The position numbers and the translations under genes are program-made. Under the pieces are notes generated by a model, which saw only the letters and a list, made by a program, of their open reading frames with translations, was not told the origin of the DNA and did no database searches. This document shows, one piece after another, positions 8,528 through 15,345 of a stretch of 22,390 nt of DNA. The stretch lies in contig JBEIJY010000036.1 in NCBI GenBank assembly GCA_040380025.1, forward strand, positions 1-22,390, given 5' to 3'. Each line of letters starts with the position of its first letter. Positions within the stretch are counted from its first letter, which is position 1. This DNA comes from Bdellovibrionales bacterium. Its GTDB lineage: Bacteria; Bdellovibrionota; UBA1018; CAIMNF01.

Positions 8528-9444
8528 GGACGGTCCCGCGGTGGATTCTGCTGGTTCCGGTTCTGAGCATGCTTTCGGGCGCTTGCGCCTCGATCAATCC
8601 CTTCAAGTCGCATCGTTCGACCGATTACAATGCCATCACCTATGGCGAAGAGGGCGTGTACGGAGCGAACCGCCAGGGCCGATGGGGAGGCGCGAATGTC
8701 GAAATCCCGCGGCCCTCGGTAAGATACGAGGCACCCGAGGCTCGCGCTCCCGCGATGAGCCGCAATCTCGAGGGCCCGGCCGAAGACGTTCTCGACCCGA
8801 CCGAAGACACCGTGCGGGCGCGAATCGAGGCCAAGCGCGGTCAGGCGCAGGCGAAAATCCGCGGGGACCGGGTGACCCGCGCCGATTTTTTCGACAATGC
8901 TCCGAGTGACGGATCGCTCTGGGCGACCGAGAACGACGGCAATTACTTCTTCACCAAAGGAAAAGTCCACGCGGTCGGCGACATTGTTTCGGTCAAGCTC
9001 GAGGACTCGATGGTCAAGCAGGTGGCCGAAGAAATCAAAAAGAGCCTGAGCCCGGCCGAGCAGGAGGTCGAGATGGCGCTCTATCTTCGGAACACCGAGG
9101 GTGCCAAGAACGATCAGGACCTGAAGGCGTATCGCAATGTCGCATCGGATGATCTGAACTCTGAGGCCGAAGAGGTGAAGCAGAGAATGGAGAAGGCCGT
9201 GCGCTGGTCGCAGGTCGATCTTTCGACTGCGATCGGACTCGCCCCCGCCGAAGAGCTTCGCGCCGAGATCGTCGATCGCTACCAGAACGGCAACTTCAAG
9301 ATCCGGGCGGTCAAGCGCGTCCTCTATCGCGGATCTTCCAAAATGGTGTCGCTCGTCGGGGTCGCGCCGGTCGCCGACTTCGACGAAAAAGACATGATCA
9401 ATTCAGGGAAACTCTATGAATACCAGATTCGTGTCACGCGTTGA
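8524..9444 (+). CDS. flgH: flagellar L-ring lipoprotein FlgH (divergent)
   Basis: Lipobox LSGAC; GSLW..FF...VGDIVSV and NGNFKI..K motifs; position between flgA and flgI. Confidence 0.75.
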   Translation: MRTVPRWILLVPVLSMLSGACASINPFKSHRSTDYNAITYGEEGVYGANRQGRWGGANVEIPRPSVRYEAPEARAPAMSRNLEGPAEDVLDPTEDTVRARIEAKRGQAQAKIRGDRVTRADFFDNAPSDGSLWATENDGNYFFTKGKVHAVGDIVSVKLEDSMVKQVAEEIKKSLSPAEQEVEMALYLRNTEGAKNDQDLKAYRNVASDDLNSEAEEVKQRMEKAVRWSQVDLSTAIGLAPAEELRAEIVDRYQNGNFKIRAVKRVLYRGSSKMVSLVGVAPVADFDEKDMINSGKLYEYQIRVTR

Positions 9445-10492
9445 GGCACTGACGGCCCTGTTTTTTTTGCTCGCGGTGGCGACCGCGCCGTCGGCGCTTT
9501 CGTCGACCACGGTGGGCGCGCGCCTGAAGGACATCGCCGCAGTGAAAGGCGTGCGCGAGAACATTCTGATCGGCTACGGCATTGTTGTGGGCCTGAAAGG
9601 CACCGGCGATTCGAGCACCGATGTGACCGCGAAGTCTTTGGGTCGCCTCTTCGGAAAGCTCGGACTCGATGTCGAAAAGAACGCCGCCGTGAAATCGAAG
9701 AATGCGGCCGCGGTCATTGTCACCGCAAAGCTCCCCGCCTTCGCCCGCTCGGGCACTTCGATCGACATCACCGTGTCGTCGATCGGGGATGCCGCCTCGC
9801 TCGAAGGGGGAACCCTGCTCGTGACCCCGCTCCGGGCCGGAGACCAGCAAGTTTACGCGGTCGCGCAGGGGCAAGTCACCCTGGGTTCGCTCACCGACGG
9901 CAAGGCGGCTTTTCCGACAGTGGGACGGATTGTTTCGGGGGCCACGGTCGAGCGGGATGTCGACACCAATTTTGCAGGCAAAAAGAGCTTCCGCCTCTCG
10001 CTCTCGAATCCGGACTTCACGACCGCCGCGCGCGTGACTGCGCTTTTGAATTCGGAGCTCGGCGGAAAGTTCGCCACCGCCCGCGACAGCGCCACGATCG
10101 ACATCGTGGTGCCCTTCAACTATGAGGGCAACACGGTCGACCTGATGGCGCGGATCGAGAACATCCGCATCGTGACCGACTCGAGGGCCAAGGTCGTGCT
10201 GAACGAGCGCACCGGAACCGTCGTCATGGGAGACAAGGTGAGCATCGCGCCGATCGCGATCTCGCATGCCGATCTTTCGATCCAGGTGAAGGGCCAGAAG
10301 CCCGAGCGCCTGATGGAAATGCGGCCCGGGCCCAGGCCCGATGCCGACGAGGGCCTGAAGAACGCGAATGCCACGGTGGCGGATTTGGTGAAGCTCCTGA
10401 ACGCGCTCGGGGTGGCGCCCAAGGACATGACGGCGATTTTTCAGACGATCAAGGCCACGGGGGCGCTCCAGGCCGAGCTCGATATGATTTGA
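9416..10492 (+). CDS. flgI: flagellar P-ring protein FlgI
   Basis: ARLKDIA..GVREN.LIGYGIVVGLKGTGD, VSSIGDA.SLEGGTLL, NERTGTVV, GALQAEL. Start may instead be GTG 9431. Confidence 0.95.
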   Translation: MNTRFVSRVEALTALFFLLAVATAPSALSSTTVGARLKDIAAVKGVRENILIGYGIVVGLKGTGDSSTDVTAKSLGRLFGKLGLDVEKNAAVKSKNAAAVIVTAKLPAFARSGTSIDITVSSIGDAASLEGGTLLVTPLRAGDQQVYAVAQGQVTLGSLTDGKAAFPTVGRIVSGATVERDVDTNFAGKKSFRLSLSNPDFTTAARVTALLNSELGGKFATARDSATIDIVVPFNYEGNTVDLMARIENIRIVTDSRAKVVLNERTGTVVMGDKVSIAPIAISHADLSIQVKGQKPERLMEMRPGPRPDADEGLKNANATVADLVKLLNALGVAPKDMTAIFQTIKATGALQAELDMI

Positions 10493-10509
10493 AAGTGTGA
10501 TTTGAAAGT
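10485..10509 (+). repeat. tandem 12-bp direct repeat TGATTTGAAAGT x2
   Basis: Copies at 10485-10496 and 10498-10509; related TGATTTGAAATCA at 11360-11372. Confidence 0.8.
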
Positions 10510-10690
10510 TTGTGAAACGAAGGAGGAAGGACCAGGCAAACCGTCCAAGGAAGGATGAGGAAGAGCGGATGATCCAGGAAACAGGGACGAAGCGACGACT
10601 TGCTAGGATGGCAGGTCCGTTCAGATCTTTTCAATCCATCTGCCTTCAGCCGGAACAAGAAGTTCCCGTCCGGATGCCACAGTTTCACAA
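10510..10690 (+). ncRNA. candidate GGA-rich CsrA-binding RNA element (CsrB/RsmZ-like, or multi-site leader of flgJ)
   Basis: 12 GGA triplets lie inside the element, plus one at 10693. GGA-loop hairpins at 10542-10557 and 10597-10617. Closing inverted repeat TTGTGAAAC/GTTTCACAA. Confidence 0.5.
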
Positions 10691-10708
10691 GGGGACGGGG
10701 GGGGCTCG

Positions 10709-11047
10709 ATGAAGCTCCCCCCGGTTACCTCCCGCATCACCCCCGAAATGCGCCAGGCGGCCGAGGGCCTCGAGGCGATCTTCACGGGCGAGATGATCAA
10801 GGCCATGCGCGGCACGGCCGAAAAATCAGAGTTTTCGATGCGGAATTCCGCGTCCGACCTGTACCAGGGCATGCTCGACCAGGAGTATGCCGAAATCGCC
10901 GCGCGCCAGAATTCCATCGGTCTTTCCCAACAGATTCTCGATTATTGGTTGCGCTCGCTTCCGGATCCGCAGTACAATCAAGAGAGGAATCCGGTCCCGG
11001 GTTCCGTGGGTACAGGAGGTACACATGAGGGTCAATCCAACGAATAG
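10709..11047 (+). CDS. flgJ: FlgJ-like rod-binding protein (no muramidase domain)
   Basis: MRQAAEGLEAIF..MIKAMR..YQGMLDQEYA..IGLSQQI matches the FlgJ N-terminal rod-binding domain; 112 aa. Confidence 0.85.
   Translation: MKLPPVTSRITPEMRQAAEGLEAIFTGEMIKAMRGTAEKSEFSMRNSASDLYQGMLDQEYAEIAARQNSIGLSQQILDYWLRSLPDPQYNQERNPVPGSVGTGGTHEGQSNE
10949..10978 (+). promoter_or_regulatory. candidate internal sigma70-type promoter for flgM and downstream genes
   Basis: TTGCGC-N18-TACAAT; shares TTGCG and TACAATCAAGA with the flgF promoter. Confidence 0.45.
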
Positions 11048-11357
11048 TTCGCCGGTCCAGGGCGCGACGGACACCCAGTCCGGAAAAAAAGCCGACAAAG
11101 TCAAATCGAGCGCGTACGAATCGAAATCGGGCGCATCCCCTCTCTCGGGCGGTAAATCCGAATCCGTGAACGCCGACATTTCGAGCAGGGCCCGCGACAT
11201 GGCCAAGGCGAAGCAAGCCGCCTCCGAGGCTCCCGATGTGCGCGAGTCGAAAGTCGCAGAGCTTCGCGAGCAGATCCGGAGCGGAAAATACAACGTGAGC
11301 GCCGAGGCGATCGCGGACCGGCTGGTGGACGATCATTTGGGAATGACGGGCGCTTGA
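11025..11357 (+). CDS. flgM: anti-sigma28 factor FlgM
   Basis: ISSRAR..APDVRESKVAELREQIRSGKYNVSAEAIADRL is the FlgM C-terminal motif; AGGAGGT SD before ATG 11025. Confidence 0.92.
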   Translation: MRVNPTNSSPVQGATDTQSGKKADKVKSSAYESKSGASPLSGGKSESVNADISSRARDMAKAKQAASEAPDVRESKVAELREQIRSGKYNVSAEAIADRLVDDHLGMTGA

Positions 11358-11403
11358 TCTGATTTGAAATCAACCTCCAAGCAGGATGCGGGCGGGGAAG
11401 AAA

Positions 11404-11934
11404 ATGGAAGAAAATCAAAACGCGAGCGGAAATCCATACGAGCGTCTCCACGACTCCCTCCAGGAGCTGATCGGTCTCCATCGTCAGCTGTACGAGGTCG
11501 TCAAGGCCGAACACGAGGCGATCACCCAGGCCGACACCAAGGGTACGTATGAAGCAGTGGCGAACAAAGAGGCGCTCATCCACTGGATCCATCGCGAGGA
11601 GCTGAACCGCCAGGTGATCGCGCAAGCCCTTCCGGAATCCGATCGCTCTCCCTCGCTTCGTGACATCATCGCGTCTCTTCAGGGCCGCAACAACGATCTC
11701 GCCGATCGTCTGCAGGCCGATCTTCACGCGCTCGTGGTGCTCGTCGAACGGATCCGCACCCAGAATCGTCTGAACGGCGAGCTGGTCGATCGCTCCCTCG
11801 GGCACATCAACAACATGAAGGCCAATATTTTCGGCGAGACGACCCATCAGGGAAAAACCTACAACCAGAACGGACAAAAGAACCAGGCCGGATCGAACGC
11901 GCACGGCCCGCGGCTGATCTCGAAAGAGGTGTGA
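11404..11934 (+). CDS. flgN: flagellar export chaperone FlgN
   Basis: Helical protein with QNRLNGELV and a C-terminal TY..NG, located between flgM and flgK. Start 11404 (alternative 11386). Confidence 0.8.
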   Translation: MEENQNASGNPYERLHDSLQELIGLHRQLYEVVKAEHEAITQADTKGTYEAVANKEALIHWIHREELNRQVIAQALPESDRSPSLRDIIASLQGRNNDLADRLQADLHALVVLVERIRTQNRLNGELVDRSLGHINNMKANIFGETTHQGKTYNQNGQKNQAGSNAHGPRLISKEV

Positions 11935-11937
11935 GCG

Positions 11938-13368
11938 ATGGCTTTGGTGAATGTCCTGCAAACCGGAAAGTCCGGAATGAGCACGGCGAAAGCGGGAATC
12001 GCCACGGCAGGGCATAACATCGCGAACGCGGGCACCGAGGGCTATTCACGCCAGCGCGTCCAATCCGAGGCCGAGGTCGGAAAACAAGTCATGGGTCGCG
12101 GCGGTCCGTATGTGGGCGAAGGGTCGCGCATTTCGCGGGTCGAGCGGATCAACGACGAGTACCTCGAAAAACAGCTCCGCCAGGGCGCGCGCGACACGGC
12201 TTTTCACGAAGAAAAACAGGTTTTCTTGAATCAGGTCGAGGATGTTTTCAACGAGATGAACGGCGACGGGCTGAATCGCCTGATCGCGCGTTTTCATAAC
12301 GACTTCCGCAAGCTCTCGAACGATCCGGGGAGCGAGGCGATTCGTCAGTCGGTGCGCGAGTCGACCGAGGCGATGGTCCGCGACTTCAAGCGGCTCCGGA
12401 GCGAGGTCGAGTCTGTTCGCTCCCACATCGACAACCGCATCGAGGGCGGCATGCGCGAGCTGAACGGGCTCGCATCCGAGCTCGCCGAGCTGAACCGCAA
12501 GATCGTTCAGGCCGAGGTGCAGGGAACGGACGCGGCGAATGACCTCCGCGACCGGCGCGACCAGGTGGTGAAAAAAATCAACGCGCACGTCGATATCGCC
12601 GCCCACAAAGACAACCAAGGCAACGTGAACGTCGACATCAAAGGGGTCGGCCCGCTCGTGACCGGAGTCGTGGTGACCGATTACTCGATCGGCCGGCGCG
12701 CGGCCGAGCCCGGGACCGGAGGCATCGACAACTCGATCCAGATCACCCGCTCCCCGATCGCCGAAAAGCACATCACCGATCTCTTCAAGGGCGGAACCCT
12801 CGGGGCCCAGATCGAGGCCCGCGATCAGGCCGTGAACCGCATCGTGGGCCGCCTGGACGAGCTCGCCCATTCGATCGCGACCGCCGTGAACTCCGCCCAC
12901 GAAAAGGGCTTCTCGCTCGACAACCAGACCGGCATCCGGTTCTTCAAGAATGTGGGCGATGTCGAAGGAGCCGCAGGGCGGATCGAGCTCTCGGATGCGA
13001 TCCGCGAGAATGTCGGGAACATCGCGGTCTCGCTCGCGCCGAACTCTCCGGGCGACAACCGGAACGCCCTTGCGATCGCCGGCCTGCAGAATCATCGCCT
13101 GATGAACGGCGGGCATTCGACGGTCGATGACTTTTACAACTCGATTGTCTCTGAGATCGGCGTCGCAAACTCGCGGAATCGCGAGGCCCTCGGCCAGCAG
13201 CAAAGCATCATCACCCAGCTGAACCGGGTGCGTGACCAGGTTTCGGGCGTGTCGATCGACGAGGAGACCTCGAACCTCATGCAGTTTCAACATGCCTTCG
13301 ATGCCTCCGCGCGGGTGGTCCGCGTGGCGGACGAGATGATGGACACCATCCTGAAGTTGCGGGGCTAG
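11938..13368 (+). CDS. flgK: flagellar hook-associated protein FlgK
   Basis: GHNIANAGTEGYSRQRV, NDLRDRRD and VSGVSIDEE..LMQFQ.AF.ASARV motifs. Confidence 0.95.
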   Translation: MALVNVLQTGKSGMSTAKAGIATAGHNIANAGTEGYSRQRVQSEAEVGKQVMGRGGPYVGEGSRISRVERINDEYLEKQLRQGARDTAFHEEKQVFLNQVEDVFNEMNGDGLNRLIARFHNDFRKLSNDPGSEAIRQSVRESTEAMVRDFKRLRSEVESVRSHIDNRIEGGMRELNGLASELAELNRKIVQAEVQGTDAANDLRDRRDQVVKKINAHVDIAAHKDNQGNVNVDIKGVGPLVTGVVVTDYSIGRRAAEPGTGGIDNSIQITRSPIAEKHITDLFKGGTLGAQIEARDQAVNRIVGRLDELAHSIATAVNSAHEKGFSLDNQTGIRFFKNVGDVEGAAGRIELSDAIRENVGNIAVSLAPNSPGDNRNALAIAGLQNHRLMNGGHSTVDDFYNSIVSEIGVANSRNREALGQQQSIITQLNRVRDQVSGVSIDEETSNLMQFQHAFDASARVVRVADEMMDTILKLRG

Positions 13369-13372
13369 GTAG

Positions 13373-14374
13373 ATGAGAGTGACCGATAACACCAACTACG
13401 GAGTCGTCCGGGACAGCATCAGCAGGTCGAAAGGCCGTCTCGAGAATCTCCAGATGGAGACGGCGACACTCAAGAAGCTGAATCGCCCCTCGGATGATCC
13501 GGTCGGGGCCGCCAAGGTGCTCGAGGTGAGGACGGACAAAGTGAACAACGAACAATTCCAGGTGAACGCGCGACTCGCGCAAGCATTCCTCGACAACACC
13601 GACCATGCCCTTTCGGAGCTGAGCGAGATCGTCATGCGGGCCAAGGAGATCGCGATCAACCAGTCGAGCAGTGCGAGTTCGACCCCCGAAACCCGCCTCG
13701 GGGTGAGCGAAGAGGTGAATCAGCTGTATCAGCGGGCCGTATCGACCGCGAACCGGCGCATCGGGGATCGCTACCTGTTCGGGGGGTACCGCACCACGGT
13801 GCCTCCGGTCGATGCCGAGGGCGCCTACCGCGGCGACGACGGCGAGATGATGGTCGAGGTCGGCCGCGAGGTGTTTTTGGGTGTGAACATTCCCGGCCAC
13901 GAGGTGTTCAACACGAATCCGGCCACCGCCGCCGACCGGAAGGCGTTCGAGAAGCCGCCCGGCGGGCAGGCTCCCGCGAATCGGACCCCTGCGGCAACCG
14001 ACGCATCGGCCCAGGCCTCCGCCCCGTCGGGGCCGCAGAACGTGAATCTGTTCCAGCAGTTGAAGGCCCTGAAGACCGGGCTCCTGACGGGCGACGTCTC
14101 GATTGTCCGGGATTCGATGGACGGCTTGGATTCTCTCTTGGGCAAGGTTGTGGCGACCCGCGCAAAAATTGGCGCGCGGATTCAGTCCATCGAGGGCAAC
14201 ATGAGCGCGCTCGATCGGCATGACATCACGAACGCCCAGTTGACTTCGACGATCGAAGACGCCGACATGACCCGGGTGGTGAGCGACCTAGCCAAAGAAG
14301 AAACAGTCTTCAAGAGCAGTCTTGCCAGCTCCAAGCACCTGATCCAGCCCACGCTTCTTGACTTTTTGCGATAA
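13373..14374 (+). CDS. flgL: flagellar hook-associated protein FlgL
   Basis: MRVT, RPSDDP, YLFGG, RAKIGAR, IEDAD and C-terminal PTLLDFLR motifs. Confidence 0.93.
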   Translation: MRVTDNTNYGVVRDSISRSKGRLENLQMETATLKKLNRPSDDPVGAAKVLEVRTDKVNNEQFQVNARLAQAFLDNTDHALSELSEIVMRAKEIAINQSSSASSTPETRLGVSEEVNQLYQRAVSTANRRIGDRYLFGGYRTTVPPVDAEGAYRGDDGEMMVEVGREVFLGVNIPGHEVFNTNPATAADRKAFEKPPGGQAPANRTPAATDASAQASAPSGPQNVNLFQQLKALKTGLLTGDVSIVRDSMDGLDSLLGKVVATRAKIGARIQSIEGNMSALDRHDITNAQLTSTIEDADMTRVVSDLAKEETVFKSSLASSKHLIQPTLLDFLR

Positions 14375-14405
14375 ATCCCTTGTGCAACCCCCCCAAACAG
14401 GCTAA

Positions 14406-14453
14406 GACACGGAGTTGGGTAACGGATTACTTCGTTCTTCGGTACATGGAGGT
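14406..14453 (+). promoter_or_regulatory. three CsrA-type ANGGA sites in the csrA leader
   Basis: ACGGA 14409, GUA-ACGGAU-UAC 14419-14430, and AC-AUGGAG-GU 14444-14453 overlapping the SD. Confidence 0.6.
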
Positions 14454-14458
14454 TGTTC

Positions 14459-14683
14459 ATGTTAGTGCTGACCCGAAAACTCGGCGAAAGTATCGCAATC
14501 GACGATCATATCAAAATCACGGTCGTTCAAATCAAAGGCAAACAGGTGCGTTTGGGAATCCAGGCGCCCAAAGAGACCAAAATTCATCGCGAAGAGGTCT
14601 ACTCGGCCATTCAGGATCAGAACAAAGTCGCCGTGGGGGCTCCTGCCGATCTGGCCGAAGTCTCGAAGGCCTTCAAAGACTGA
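14459..14683 (+). CDS. csrA: carbon storage regulator CsrA (FliW-partnered type)
   Basis: MLVLTRKLGESI..QVRLGIQAPK..IHREE; R44 and N55 present plus a C-terminal extension; GGAGG SD before ATG 14459. Confidence 0.97.
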   Translation: MLVLTRKLGESIAIDDHIKITVVQIKGKQVRLGIQAPKETKIHREEVYSAIQDQNKVAVGAPADLAEVSKAFKD

Positions 14684-14805
14684 TCAGGCGATCGAATTCA
14701 CCACCGTCAAAAATCCGTCCTCGGCAATAAAGTTCCTTGAATTGAGTGTTAACCTCGGATTATCTTTAGCATAGGGGGCGATTTGCGCTTCCCGCGGAGG
14801 TAGTC

Positions 14806-15345
14806 GTGGTCGTACAAACAGGACGTTTTGGCCAAATCCAGATCTCCACCGACGAGATCATTTCGATTCCGAGCGGAGTTCTCGGTTTTCCGGAAGATCA
14901 GAGCTTTTGTCTCGTCGATGCCGGAGACGACACGCTCATTCTTTGGCTCCAGTCGCTCACCAATCCCCGACTTGCGTTTCCCGTCATCGAGCCCAGGCTC
15001 TACAAAAATGATTATGTGGTGCGCCTCTCTGCCGCCGAGCTTCGGGAGCTCCGGCTCTCCTCGATTCGCGACGCGAGCGTATTCACGATTCTGACCATCC
15101 CCTCGAACCTGACCGAGATGACGGCCAACCTGAAGGCCCCGATCGTCATCAACATCAAAGAAAAAATCGCAAAGCAGGTCGTTCTTCAAGAGAACGACCA
15201 GCCCATCAAGCATCCGATGTTTAAGGAGCTTCGCGCGCACATTCTGAGCTTCCGCTCCGCGCTCGGCGATGCCTTGGGCACGGCTCAAAAGGGGCCGGTT
15301 CCGATCGAGGCCCTTCCGGTCACGACACGGGTCGAGACGATTTGA
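14806..15345 (+). CDS. fliW: flagellar assembly factor / CsrA antagonist FliW
   Basis: TGRFG, GVLGF, WLQS..LAF, MTANLKAPIVIN..AKQVVL motifs; GTG start with GGAGG SD. Confidence 0.95.
   Translation: MVVQTGRFGQIQISTDEIISIPSGVLGFPEDQSFCLVDAGDDTLILWLQSLTNPRLAFPVIEPRLYKNDYVVRLSAAELRELRLSSIRDASVFTILTIPSNLTEMTANLKAPIVINIKEKIAKQVVLQENDQPIKHPMFKELRAHILSFRSALGDALGTAQKGPVPIEALPVTTRVETI

Noticed and set aside
10535..10570. GGCAAA followed by a stem-loop, resembling the start of a c-di-GMP-I (GEMM) riboswitch
   Set aside because: The loop is AAGGAA rather than GNRA, and the GACGCAAA junction and P2/P3 features are missing; better explained as a GGA-loop hairpin.
14380..14408. TTGTGC-N17-TAAGAC promoter with a C7 run in the spacer (phase variation of csrA)
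   Set aside because: The -10 lacks the conserved final T, and a 7-nt run is short for a GC-rich genome.
14708..14719. 12-mer CAAAAATCCGTC shared with 20566-20577
   Set aside because: Opposite orientation relative to the downstream genes and no further shared context; could be chance.
14728..14753. TAAAGTT resembling a sigma28 -35 element upstream of fliW
   Set aside because: No GCCGAT-like -10 at the required spacing.
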